Origin: Alphaproteobacteria bacterium
Lineage (GTDB): Bacteria > Pseudomonadota > Alphaproteobacteria > Micavibrionales > UBA2020
DNA length: 64,000 nt
NCBI GenBank assembly: GCA_030682495.1
Contig: JAUXOC010000039.1
Coordinates: 9,604 to 73,603, forward strand
Reading direction: 5' to 3'
Shown here: positions 18,871-28,131 of the stretch, one piece after another
How the letters are laid out: the number at the start of each line of letters is the position of its first letter
Numbering within the stretch: the first letter of the stretch is position 1
Notes under the pieces: generated by a model
Databases searched by the model: none
What the model saw: only the letters and a program-made list of their open reading frames with translations
Told to the model about the DNA's origin: nothing
Program-made: the position numbers and the translations under genes

Positions 18871-20901
18871 ATGAGCGACATGCCACAGCGCCGCAAAGAA
18901 GATAAATTCTCCGCAAAAGTATGGCGGTTTTTCTATCGCTTCTTTTTCATGATCGGCGTCGCGATGTTTATCTCCAGTGTCATGCTCATCATGACACTGT
19001 CGCGCATGATGAATTATACGCCGTCGTCGTTGCCCGATGAAATGGTGCTGACCTTTGTCATCAAATCAGATCTTGTCGAAGTTGTCGGGCGTCCTTCGTT
19101 GTCTCAGCCGCTCTTGCGTCCGGCAACCACGTTGCAGGATGCCGTCTCCGCGCTCGACCTTGCCGCAAAAGATAAGCGTGTCAAAGGCCTTGTCGCACGT
19201 ATCGAAGACATGAGTCTTTCCGCGGCACAATTGCAGGAACTGCGTGACGCGCTGCTGCGCTTCCGCATGGCGGGTAAACGCGCCTATGTCTATGCCGATA
19301 CCTATGGCGGTTTCAGCGGCGGCATGGGCGATTATTATCTGGCTTCTGCCTTTGATGAAATCTGGCTTCAGCCCGTGGGGATTGTCTCGCTTTCCGGTGT
19401 GTCGGCCGAAGTGCCCTTTGTGCGCGATTTGCTGGATAAACTGGGGGTCGAGACGCAATTCGTCCATCAGGGAATCTATAAATCCGCGCCCGAAAGCCTG
19501 ACCGAACGCCAAATGAGCGCACCGCACCGCGAGATGATGCAATCCATCGTCAGCGACCTTGCCGCCCAGATGGTGGAAGGTATCGCGCTCAGCCGTGGCC
19601 TCTCTACGGCGGAGGTGCGCCAGAGGGTCGAACAGTCGCCCTTTGGCGAGAAGGATGCCCTGCGTCTGAAAGTCGTTGACCGTATCGGCTACTTCGACGA
19701 AATGGTGACGCATGCGCGCCGCACATTGTCGTCGTCTCTGGGCACTGACAAGGCCGCCCCCAAAAGCGCCGCACCGAAAAAACCGGCTGCCGCCCCGCCG
19801 GCAGAAAACACGATCGCCACACCGGATGCGGATAAGAAAGACGATGCGGATAAGAAAGACAAGGCACCTGCTCCCGCCACCGCGGCTGAAGAAAAACCTT
19901 CTGCCGAAACGATTGCGCTGCTGGGGTATTCTTTCGTCGCCGAGACGCAGGCGCTGGGCAAGGGGGTGCGCGGTTTCATGTCCAAGCTGACGCGGCGTGA
20001 AGCTCCGAAGACGGAGCTGAGCAAAAAAGACAAAATCGCGCTGATCTACGGATCGGGCGAAATCGTTCCTTTCACCTCTCGGACACAGGCCTCTCCCTTC
20101 GGTGCCAGTGATATGGCGGCAGATAAGGTCGTACAGGCTTTCCGCAGCGCGCAGGCCGATGATGGCGTGGCGGCGGTGATCTTCCGCATCGACAGCCCCG
20201 GCGGCTCTCCTGCCGCATCGGAAACCATTCGACGCGTCATTATGGAGACGCGCCGCAAAGGCAAGCCCGTGGTGGTCTCCATGAGCAGCAGCGCGGCTTC
20301 CGGCGGATACTGGATTGCCGCCCCTGCCGATAAAATCGTGGCGCAGCCCGGCACGCTGACCGGCTCCATCGGCGTTTTTGGCGGTAAATTTGTGTTTTCA
20401 GGCCTGTGGGAAAAACTCGGCGTTGGCTGGGACAGCGTCAGCGAAGGCGGCAATGCGCAGATGTGGTCATCGAACCGCAGCTTTACACCCGTGCAGTTGC
20501 AGCGATTTGACGACCTGATGGCAGAAACCTACGAAGCGTTTCTGGACCGCGTGGCCGAAGGGCGCAATATACCGCGCGACAAGGTCAAAAGCCTTGCCGA
20601 GGGCCGTGTCTACACGGGCAAACAGGCGAAAGAAAACGGACTGGTCGATGATCTGGGCGGTATTGATGTCGCTATCAAACACGCGCGCGCGCTGGCCAAA
20701 TTGAAAGACGACGAAGATGTACCGCTGGTACGTTTTCCGCCGCGTAAATCGACGCTGGAAATGTTTATCTCTCTGGCGACCGAGGGCGCGTTATTCCGCC
20801 CGCAATTCACCATCAGCGCCGCCGATGCGGCTCATGCGATTGAAGGTTCTTTGCCGGACGCAGGTATTGTCCTGCGCGCTCCCTATGCGGATGTGCGCTG
20901 A
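18871..20901 (+). CDS. sppA: Signal peptide peptidase SppA, 67K type (two S49 domains)
   Basis: 676 aa with an N-terminal TM helix (FFFMIGVAMFISSVMLIMTL). Two ClpP/crotonase-like halves: 'GLVARIEDMS...YVYADTYGG' and 'AVIFRIDSPGGSPAASE...PVVVSMSSSAASGGYWIA'. Also 'GRVYTGKQAKENGLVDDLGG'. The halves are joined by an Ala/Pro/Lys-rich linker. Confidence 0.85.
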   Translation: MSDMPQRRKEDKFSAKVWRFFYRFFFMIGVAMFISSVMLIMTLSRMMNYTPSSLPDEMVLTFVIKSDLVEVVGRPSLSQPLLRPATTLQDAVSALDLAAKDKRVKGLVARIEDMSLSAAQLQELRDALLRFRMAGKRAYVYADTYGGFSGGMGDYYLASAFDEIWLQPVGIVSLSGVSAEVPFVRDLLDKLGVETQFVHQGIYKSAPESLTERQMSAPHREMMQSIVSDLAAQMVEGIALSRGLSTAEVRQRVEQSPFGEKDALRLKVVDRIGYFDEMVTHARRTLSSSLGTDKAAPKSAAPKKPAAAPPAENTIATPDADKKDDADKKDKAPAPATAAEEKPSAETIALLGYSFVAETQALGKGVRGFMSKLTRREAPKTELSKKDKIALIYGSGEIVPFTSRTQASPFGASDMAADKVVQAFRSAQADDGVAAVIFRIDSPGGSPAASETIRRVIMETRRKGKPVVVSMSSSAASGGYWIAAPADKIVAQPGTLTGSIGVFGGKFVFSGLWEKLGVGWDSVSEGGNAQMWSSNRSFTPVQLQRFDDLMAETYEAFLDRVAEGRNIPRDKVKSLAEGRVYTGKQAKENGLVDDLGGIDVAIKHARALAKLKDDEDVPLVRFPPRKSTLEMFISLATEGALFRPQFTISAADAAHAIEGSLPDAGIVLRAPYADVR

Positions 20902-20907
20902 GTTTTA

Positions 20908-21867
20908 TCAGGTGTTGTAGCGCGGCTTCCTATTGTCGGAGATCAGGCTTTGCTGGATTTCCGCCAGCATCAGGATGCTCACCGGCGACACTTTTTGAAA
21001 GCCAAAAGGGTTTGACCGTGCGGCAAAGCCGCTTTGCGGATAAAAACGCGGGTCGTTGTCCCAGATAATATCGTCTTTTTCATTGGCATCATCAAACATA
21101 GGCAACTGCGCCAGCACCGCCGCGGGGATTGACCCGCGCGCGGGTGTAGCGGCCACTTTGGGCGCGGCAGGTTTTGTGGCGGCTTCTGCAACCTGTGTTT
21201 CGGGTTTGGGAGCCGTGCCGCTGCCGCCGAATTTTTTATCAAAAAACGCATAGACTTCGTTCAGGGTACGCGCTTCGCCGGAGGCCTTGTCGTAGAAAAC
21301 ATTTTTATTCGCCTTGGCGGCAGCGGGGAAAATATCGGCGGCAATCGCCTCACCGTTCACCGCGCGGCTGTTGAGGAATTTCGATGCGCCGCCTGCGCCC
21401 ATGAAATGCGCGAAATAAAGCTCGGTCGCGCCGACATCGCCTTTGGTGTTCTTTTGCAGATGCGTCTTGTTTTCAGATGTAAAGGCGCCGGCCATCAGCG
21501 CCGCAATCTCGGGGTCGTTGCGCAGCGCCAGAATGTCTTTGCGGTCGCAATCGCTCAGGCAGACGGCCTTGCCGTTTTTCATTTCGATTTTATTGGCATA
21601 ATCACCGAGACCGAATTTGTCGCCGTGTTTTTTGACCATATTCAGCCAGGTGCTTTCGATAAACTGGTACAGGCCGGTCGCGGAGGAGGTTTTGGCTTTG
21701 GCGGTAGGGTTAAAACTGCTCTCGGCGGAAGCTTTTTGCATCAGGAAGGCAAAATCTGCCCCGGTCTTGCGCGATGCGCTCTGGACGGCCTGAATGACAT
21801 CTTGCGATGCAAGCTTTTGATATTTTTGAATAATGTTGCCTTTTGCGGCACCGAAAGCTGCTGTCAT
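20908..21867 (-). CDS. Lytic transglycosylase (SLT-domain) protein
   Basis: Start at ATG 21865-21867 with an AAGGAG SD 7 nt upstream. 'FLMQKASAESSFNPTAKAKTSSATGLYQFIESTW' gives the catalytic E-S and GLxQ motifs of SLT family 1. 'AHFMGAGGA' follows. Confidence 0.65.
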   Translation of the reverse strand: MTAAFGAAKGNIIQKYQKLASQDVIQAVQSASRKTGADFAFLMQKASAESSFNPTAKAKTSSATGLYQFIESTWLNMVKKHGDKFGLGDYANKIEMKNGKAVCLSDCDRKDILALRNDPEIAALMAGAFTSENKTHLQKNTKGDVGATELYFAHFMGAGGASKFLNSRAVNGEAIAADIFPAAAKANKNVFYDKASGEARTLNEVYAFFDKKFGGSGTAPKPETQVAEAATKPAAPKVAATPARGSIPAAVLAQLPMFDDANEKDDIIWDNDPRFYPQSGFAARSNPFGFQKVSPVSILMLAEIQQSLISDNRKPRYNT

Positions 21868-22020
21868 ATCCAAACTCCTTAACCTGAGACGGGGCTTTCT
21901 GCCCTCTTCTGGAATATATCGTTGCAAACCCCGTGCCAGAGCGGGGGTTTGGCGGCGAGTGTCTTTCTTCGTGCGCGTAAATCCCTATACTCTTTTGAAA
22001 CAACTCTTCAGGAGACCCCC

Positions 22021-23811
22021 ATGCCCTATCACGCCCCTGTCAAGGAAATGCGCTTTGTGCTCGATCATATCGCCGGACTGGAAGAGCTCTCCACCCTGCC
22101 GGCCTATGGCCACGCCACGCCGGACATGGTCGATGCGATTTTGGAAGAAGCGGCACGTGTTGCCCGCGATGTCTGGGCGCCGACAAATAAAACCGGTGAC
22201 CGCCAGATGTCGAAAATCGCAGAGGGTGGCGTCAAAACGCCGGAGGGCTTCAAAGACGCCTACAAACAATTTGCCGACGGCGGCTGGAATGCTTTTGTTT
22301 GTGCGCCGGACCACGGCGGGCAGGGGCTGCCCTGGGCGCTCGGCATGGCGGTCAATGAAATGTGGCAATCGGCGAACCTTGCGCTCAGCCTTTGCCCGCT
22401 TTTGACCTCGGCCGCGATCGAGGCGATTGAAAAACATGGCACGCCCGCGCAAAAAGAAATGTATCTGCCCAAGCTGGTTTCCGGTGAATGGACAGGCACA
22501 ATGAACCTGACCGAACCGCAGGCGGGCACTGACCTTGCGGCCATTCGCACGGTAGCGACAAAGAACGGCGATCATTATTTGATGAAGGGACAAAAAATCT
22601 TCATCACCTTTGGCGAGCATGATTTCACCGACAATATTATCCATCTGGTGCTGGCGCGTATTGACGGTTTGCCCGAGGGGAACGACGGCCTCGGCCTTTT
22701 CATCGTCCCCAAGTTTTTGGTGAATGACGACGGCAGCCTTGGCGCACGTAATGATCTGGGCGTGGTGTCGCTGGAGCATAAAATCGGCATTCACGGCTCT
22801 CCCACCTGCGTTATGCAATACGGGGAAAAGGGCGGCGCGAAAGCATGGCTGGTCGGCGAAGAAGGCAAGGGCCTGCGCAATATGTTCACGATGATGAACA
22901 ATGCACGCATCGCCGTGGGGCTTCAGGGTGTGGCGCTGTCGGAAATGGCCTATCAGCACGCACTGCAATACGCCAAAGACCGCGTGCAATGTGCGCGCAT
23001 GGGCGATAAATCTGGCAAACGTGTTGCGATCATCGAACATGCCGATGTGCGCCGCATGCTGCTGACGATGAAGGCGAATACCGAAGCTTCGCGCGCGCTG
23101 TCCTATTACGCGGGCGGCATGCTTGACCGGATGCGTCATGCGGCAGACGAAACGGCGCGCACGGCAGCAGAGCTGCGGGCGGATCTGATGACGCCGCTGG
23201 TCAAAGCCTGGGCGACCGATCTGGCGCTGGAAACGACATCGACGGGTATACAGATTCATGGCGGCATGGGTTTTATCGAAGAAACCGGCGCGGCGCAATA
23301 TTACCGCGATGCGCGCATTTTGCCGATCTATGAAGGCACCAACGGCATTCAGGCCAATGATCTGGTCTTCCGCAAACTGCTGCGCGACGGCGGGGCAGAG
23401 GCGAAAAAATTCATGGATGAGATCGATGCCTTCCTGCCGCAATTGACGCAAAAGCCCAGCGACGACCTCGACGTCATCCGCGAAAGTGTTGCGGATACGC
23501 TGGCCGAGCTGCGGGGGACAACAGACTGGATGCTCGCCAATGCCAAATCGAATACCGAAGCGGTGGCAGCGGGCGCTGTCAGTTACCAGCGACAATTCGC
23601 GCTGGTGGCGGGCGGGTATATGATGGCGCGTTTGGCGCTGGCCGCGCACGAAGGGCTCTTTGACGGCGGTGCGGATGCATTGTTTCTGAACACGCGCCTG
23701 GTGACGGCGCGATTCTTTGCCGAAGCACTGTTGCCGCAAGTTTATGGCCTTAGCAAACCTGTCATGGGCGGCAATGCTGCGGCGTGTCAAATCGCCAACG
23801 ACCAGTTTTAA
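22021..23811 (+). CDS. Long-type acyl-CoA dehydrogenase (about 596 aa, with a C-terminal extension domain)
   Basis: Start 'MPYHAPVKEMRFVLDH' at 22021 with a GGAG SD. 'LTEPQAGTDLAAI', 'KIFITFGEHD', 'QIHGGMGFIEETGAAQYYRDARILPIYEGTNGIQ' are ACAD motifs. Confidence 0.88.
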   Translation: MPYHAPVKEMRFVLDHIAGLEELSTLPAYGHATPDMVDAILEEAARVARDVWAPTNKTGDRQMSKIAEGGVKTPEGFKDAYKQFADGGWNAFVCAPDHGGQGLPWALGMAVNEMWQSANLALSLCPLLTSAAIEAIEKHGTPAQKEMYLPKLVSGEWTGTMNLTEPQAGTDLAAIRTVATKNGDHYLMKGQKIFITFGEHDFTDNIIHLVLARIDGLPEGNDGLGLFIVPKFLVNDDGSLGARNDLGVVSLEHKIGIHGSPTCVMQYGEKGGAKAWLVGEEGKGLRNMFTMMNNARIAVGLQGVALSEMAYQHALQYAKDRVQCARMGDKSGKRVAIIEHADVRRMLLTMKANTEASRALSYYAGGMLDRMRHAADETARTAAELRADLMTPLVKAWATDLALETTSTGIQIHGGMGFIEETGAAQYYRDARILPIYEGTNGIQANDLVFRKLLRDGGAEAKKFMDEIDAFLPQLTQKPSDDLDVIRESVADTLAELRGTTDWMLANAKSNTEAVAAGAVSYQRQFALVAGGYMMARLALAAHEGLFDGGADALFLNTRLVTARFFAEALLPQVYGLSKPVMGGNAAACQIANDQF

Positions 23812-23931
23812 AGGTTTTCACACGGCTGATCGGGCGTTCATCTTTGCGGTTTACAAGGGCTGCGGCCTCGCATAGCATAACTTGTCCTTGGCGGGATAGA
23901 GGCGGTTCAACGTGAAAGCGACGGACGCCAG

Positions 23932-24702
23932 ATGAAGCACGAAAACGGCTTTGACTTTGTCGAATACCCTTGCGCATCAGGCAAGGCAGACGGGCTTGTG
24001 ATTATTTTACCCGGCCATGCCAACCACCCTGTGATGTTCGACAAACTGGCCAAGCAAATCCGCGACGAACGCCCCAATACAGATATTCTCATCGTCAAAG
24101 CACCCATCGCCATAGGCGCGACCAAGGAGCATATCCGCAAAAACGGTGCGCGCGGGGCGGACGACCTCTACACATGGCACAAGGTCAGCAAAAACACCGG
24201 CGAGAATGCGAAGCTGGTGCTGAGCCATTTCTTTAACCGCATACCGGTGGTTGACCAGCTGAATGTTTTCGCCGATGCGCAATTGGCCAAGCGCGGTCTT
24301 GCGGATGAGGCGCTTGCGCTTTTCGGTTTTTCACTGGGCGGCGCGATTGCCGTGCAGATGGGTACGCGGCGCGACAACAAAGTTGCCGCCGTCATCAACC
24401 ACTCCGGCCCCGTTTTTCCGATCATCCGACCCAAATCAAAACCGGAAACGCTTTTCGTCATGGGCGACAAAGACCATTTTTTCTACGAAGGAAAAATGAA
24501 CGTCCAGCCCAAAGGCAAGCTGAAAAAAGCCTTTAACGAAGCGGTGTCGCACGTCAGCCTGCATTTCGACGACAGCCTGCGCCGGCTCAAAGGCGCGAAG
24601 TTGCCGGTTGAAGAAAAAGTCGTCCCCGGTCTCGGCCATACCGTCAATAAAGACTCTTTCACGCCGACGATGGATTTCATCCGCCGCAAGCTCGGCAAAT
24701 AA
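23932..24702 (+). CDS. Alpha/beta hydrolase, phospholipase/carboxylesterase-like
   Basis: 256 aa. Nucleophile elbow 'GFSLGG', acid 'GDKD', histidine 'GLGHT' in the expected order. Confidence 0.65.
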   Translation: MKHENGFDFVEYPCASGKADGLVIILPGHANHPVMFDKLAKQIRDERPNTDILIVKAPIAIGATKEHIRKNGARGADDLYTWHKVSKNTGENAKLVLSHFFNRIPVVDQLNVFADAQLAKRGLADEALALFGFSLGGAIAVQMGTRRDNKVAAVINHSGPVFPIIRPKSKPETLFVMGDKDHFFYEGKMNVQPKGKLKKAFNEAVSHVSLHFDDSLRRLKGAKLPVEEKVVPGLGHTVNKDSFTPTMDFIRRKLGK

Positions 24703-24716
24703 AACATCTTTTGTAT

Positions 24717-24750
24717 AAAAAAAGCCCCGGCGTGAACCGGGGCTTTTTTA
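24717..24750. terminator. Bidirectional intrinsic terminator
   Basis: A-run, stem agccccgg (24723-24730), loop cgtgaa, stem ccggggct (24737-24744), T-run 24745-24750. Lies between convergent genes. Confidence 0.7.
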
Positions 24751-24767
24751 TCTGCGCAAGTTGGCGC

Positions 24768-24929
24768 TTATTTTTTCGGGTGGCAAGAACCGCCGCAGCA
24801 TTTCTTTTTAGGTGCGTCGGGTTCTTTTTGATCGTTGGCGGGCGGGGCGGCCGGCGTTTTCGGTGCGTCTTTGGCTTTGTCGAAAGCGTGGCAGCATTTG
24901 CCTTTGCCGCTGCATTTATGATTGCTCAT
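24768..24929 (-). CDS. Small (53 aa) Cys/His/Lys-rich protein, possibly metal-binding
   Basis: ATG 24927-24929 preceded by AAGGAG. Sequence 'MSNHKCSGKGKCCHAFDK...KKKCCGGSCHPKK' has 6 Cys and 3 His clustered at both ends of a Pro/Ala/Lys linker. Followed by a terminator. Confidence 0.45.
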   Translation of the reverse strand: MSNHKCSGKGKCCHAFDKAKDAPKTPAAPPANDQKEPDAPKKKCCGGSCHPKK

Positions 24930-25016
24930 GATCGATCTCCTTAAAAAGGGTGATAGAAGGTGTGCCTTATCATACGCCCGCCGCAGGGCGATGGCCATAG
25001 GCTGATTTGCGCAATT

Positions 25017-25664
25017 TTATGTCGCGACAGTTTTGCTTTCGGTGCGGATTTCATGGCTCCTGCGGTGCGCCCGCACATCGCCAATGGTTTTGAAAATTGT
25101 CAAAAGACCCAGTGCCCAGATCGGCTCGCCCATCATCATGGTGACGCCGCCGCCCAGAATAATCGTGATGTGCAGCGCAACGATCCGGCCATAGGGGGCC
25201 CGCATCAGCTGGGTAAGGCTGGTGCGATCAACTTCGCCACCACGCAGGAAATTGAAAATGAAGGAAAAGCCATGACTGACGACTAGCCCCAGCGCGACGA
25301 GCAAAAAGAACGGATCGGCGGCGATGCCGCGGAGCAGGGTTTCGACCTCGTGCCATTCCGCGCTTTGTCCAGCCAGAAGCTTCAGGCCGAACAATCCGAT
25401 CACAAAAACGCCATGCACCATCGTAAACATGCCGTAATGAAAGAAGAAAAATGGCACTATGGGAATAGCAATCCAGAGTCGCTTGCGGTTCATGACGGCA
25501 AGCATTTTGAAAACATTCAAAAGGCCGATGATGACGTTCTCGATCCAATAGAGCAGCAGAATATCAAAAACCTTCCAGCCCCACAGCGCCGCCCCCGCCA
25601 GCGGCAGCAGGTTGACGGCGACCAGCAAGGCTTCGGACGGGGTTTGGGGGCGGGGCAGCTTCAT
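25017..25664 (-). CDS. Polytopic membrane protein (DUF6498-like)
   Basis: 215 aa from 'MKLPRPQ' (ATG 25662-25664) with about 6 TM helices. 'LLLYWIENVIIGLLNVFKML' and 'FFFFHYGMFTMVHGVF' resemble the DUF6498 family as I remember it. Confidence 0.5.
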   Translation of the reverse strand: MKLPRPQTPSEALLVAVNLLPLAGAALWGWKVFDILLLYWIENVIIGLLNVFKMLAVMNRKRLWIAIPIVPFFFFHYGMFTMVHGVFVIGLFGLKLLAGQSAEWHEVETLLRGIAADPFFLLVALGLVVSHGFSFIFNFLRGGEVDRTSLTQLMRAPYGRIVALHITIILGGGVTMMMGEPIWALGLLTIFKTIGDVRAHRRSHEIRTESKTVAT

Positions 25665-25743
25665 TGTATGAAAGATCTCGAAAAAAACGGGATGCGGCGG
25701 TAAACAGATGCCGGATGTCTCACAATAATGTAAAAAGAAAAGC

Positions 25744-26838
25744 ATGACGACTGTTTTAGAAGCCTATGAACAAAAGCTGGCAGCAGGAACTCTTCTGCCC
25801 GATCCCGCGCAGGCGGCGGCGGTGGCTGCGCTGGACGGGCTTGCACGTGCGCTGGCTGGCTACGCACCGGCGCGGCGCGGATTGTTTCGCAAACCGGCCC
25901 CTGCGCCAAACGGATATTATTTTTATGGCGGTGTCGGGCGCGGTAAATCGATGGTCATGGATTTGTTCTTTGCCCATGCGCCGACCGCCAAAAAACGCCG
26001 CGTGCATTTTCATGCTTTTATGCTGGAAGTGCATGATTTTCTGCATGCGCAGCGCACGGCACGGCGCAAAGACGAAAAAGCCCGCATCGATGGCGACCTG
26101 ATCGCTTGTGCCGATGATATCGCCGCGCGCGCAACGCTTTTGTGCTTTGACGAATTTCAGGTACGCGACGTGGCCGATGCGATGATCCTTGGCCGGTTGT
26201 TTACCGCGCTGCTGGCGCGGGGTGTGGTTGTGGTGGCGACATCGAATATCAAGCCGGATGATTTGTACAAGGACGGTTTGCAGCGTGACCGGTTTTTACC
26301 CTTTATCGTCCTGCTTAAACAAAAACTGCACGTTGTCGAATTCGCAGGACATACCGATTACCGTCTGGGGCGCATCGCGGGACGCAAGGTTTATTTCTGG
26401 CCGCATGACAAGGATGCGCAGGAGTCGCTGGAGGGGATTTTCCGCACGCTCAGTGATGACGAGGCGGGCGCGCCGCAGGAAATCCATGTCAAAGGCCGCG
26501 TCATCCATGTGCCGCGCGCATCGCGTGAAGTCGCCTTTTTCAGCTTTGCCGATCTGTGCGAACAGCCCAAAAGTGCGCTGGATTATCTGGAGCTGACAAA
26601 GCTTTACCGCGTTCTTGTGCTGGCGCACGTGCCGGAAATGGATGATACGCGCCGCGATGCGGCTTTGCGCTTCGTCACGCTTGTCGATACGCTCTATGAC
26701 CATCATATTGTTTTGGTCATGTCCGCCGCGCAGCCTCCTGAACGCCTGTATCGTGGCACGATTCATGCAGGGGTTTTTGGCCGTACCGTCAGCCGTATCA
26801 TGGAAATGCAATCTCGAACCTACAGGGAAGCCGCGTAG
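25744..26838 (+). CDS. zapE: Cell-division ATPase ZapE (AFG1-like)
   Basis: 364 aa. Walker A '[18 protein letters not shown]', Walker B '[18 protein letters not shown]', '[14 protein letters not shown]', typical of AFG1/ZapE. Sits in the usual position upstream of mdh in alphaproteobacteria. Confidence 0.88.
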   Translation: MTTVLEAYEQKLAAGTLLPDPAQAAAVAALDGLARALAGYAPARRGLFRKPAPAPNGYYFYGGVGRGKSMVMDLFFAHAPTAKKRRVHFHAFMLEVHDFLHAQRTARRKDEKARIDGDLIACADDIAARATLLCFDEFQVRDVADAMILGRLFTALLARGVVVVATSNIKPDDLYKDGLQRDRFLPFIVLLKQKLHVVEFAGHTDYRLGRIAGRKVYFWPHDKDAQESLEGIFRTLSDDEAGAPQEIHVKGRVIHVPRASREVAFFSFADLCEQPKSALDYLELTKLYRVLVLAHVPEMDDTRRDAALRFVTLVDTLYDHHIVLVMSAAQPPERLYRGTIHAGVFGRTVSRIMEMQSRTYREAA

Positions 26839-26839
26839 C

Positions 26840-28090
26840 ATGTTTTCTTTCTTTAAAAACTTTCAGGAAAAACGCCGCCAAAAACGCTATGACGTGCAAA
26901 AAAAACAATTGGCCGCGGGCGACGGGAAAAACTGGCTGATGCTGGCACAGGACGAGCAAACCAACCCTGAAATTCTCTACTATCTTGCCGACAAGGGCGA
27001 TGCCGAGGTGCGGCGCGCTGTTGCGCACAATAAATCAACCCCGCTCAAGGCCTCCAGCCTTTTGGCGCAGGACCGCAACGGTGACGTTCGTCTTGTACTG
27101 GCAGAGCGGCTTTTAAAACTTCTGCCGACGTTGACGCCGGAGCGTCATAGCCAGATATACGCCTTTACCGTGCAGGCGCTTGGTTTGCTGGCGCAGGATG
27201 AAATGCTGCAAATCCGGCGTGCACTGACAACATCGCTGAGCGATTATGCGCTTGCGCCGCCGCAGGTTGTCATTCGTCTGGCAAACGATCTTGCGCGCGA
27301 AGTGGCCGAGCCGATTTTGCGTTTCTGCATCGCGCTGAAAGACGAAGATCTGCTGGATATTATCGCAGGCTATTCGGCGCCCTGGGTCGTGGTGGCCATT
27401 GCCCACCGCGAGAGCGTTTCGGAGAATGTGTCCAACGCTGTCGTCAATACCCATGAAGTTGAGGCGACAACAGCACTGGTCAAAAACCCCGGCGCAAGAT
27501 TGTCGACCGAGGCGCTGCAATCGATCGTCGAGCGGGCAAAAGACCATCCGGAATGGCTGCAGCCGGTCGCAATGCGCAAAGAACTATCGACAGAACTTGC
27601 CCGCCAGATGATCGGCTTTGTCGACAAGGCGGTGCTGGATATGCTGGAAAAGCGCAGTGATTTTGACGCGCCCGCCCGCAAGCAAATATCCGAAATGGTC
27701 GGCCGCCGTCTGAGCTATCTGCACGATGCGCCGGAAGGCGAGACGGAAGAACACAAGGCCATCCGCTATATCAAATCCGGCAAAATGACGCCGGACGTGC
27801 TGGCCGATGCGCTGGCGTGGCATGAAACCGATTTTGTGATTTTCGGCATCGCGCATTTTGCCGAAGTGCATCCGCAGGTGGTCAAGCGTATCGTCGAAAC
27901 CATGACGCCCAAGCCGCTGGTGGCACTGTGCTGGAAAGCGAAACTACCGATGCGCTTTTGCATCGAAATCCAGCAGAGGCTGGCCAAAATCCCGCTCAAA
28001 GATATTCTCTACGCCAAGGGTGGCACAGAATATCCGCTGACTGTTGACGAGATCAAATGGCAGCTGGAATTCTTCGGGATTGAAAGCTAG
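26840..28090 (+). CDS. DUF2336-like helical-repeat protein
   Basis: 416 aa from ATG 26840, one base after the zapE stop. Repeated 'LA.D....VR..LA' HEAT-like segments ('YYLADKGDAEVRRAVAHN', 'LAQDRNGDVRLVLAERL'). The family call is from memory. Confidence 0.55.
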   Translation: MFSFFKNFQEKRRQKRYDVQKKQLAAGDGKNWLMLAQDEQTNPEILYYLADKGDAEVRRAVAHNKSTPLKASSLLAQDRNGDVRLVLAERLLKLLPTLTPERHSQIYAFTVQALGLLAQDEMLQIRRALTTSLSDYALAPPQVVIRLANDLAREVAEPILRFCIALKDEDLLDIIAGYSAPWVVVAIAHRESVSENVSNAVVNTHEVEATTALVKNPGARLSTEALQSIVERAKDHPEWLQPVAMRKELSTELARQMIGFVDKAVLDMLEKRSDFDAPARKQISEMVGRRLSYLHDAPEGETEEHKAIRYIKSGKMTPDVLADALAWHETDFVIFGIAHFAEVHPQVVKRIVETMTPKPLVALCWKAKLPMRFCIEIQQRLAKIPLKDILYAKGGTEYPLTVDEIKWQLEFFGIES

Positions 28091-28131
28091 AAAAATCAGC
28101 GTTTACGCCTAAAAAAAATCAGCGTTTACGC
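28091..28131. repeat. Perfect 18-bp direct duplication (period 23 bp) of the 3' end of the downstream minus-strand gene
   Basis: 'aaaaatcagcgtttacgc' occurs at 28091-28108 and 28114-28131. The second copy contains the stop and last codons (..RKR*) of the 28119..28664 gene. Confidence 0.9.

Noticed and set aside
18636-18896. 86-aa minus-strand ORF in the aroC-sppA gap. Likewise 38774..38965(-), 28591..28845(-) and 28704..28886(+) in other gaps.
   Set aside because: They have no SD, odd composition, and span hairpins or terminators and the neighbouring gene's start. They are better explained as non-coding DNA.
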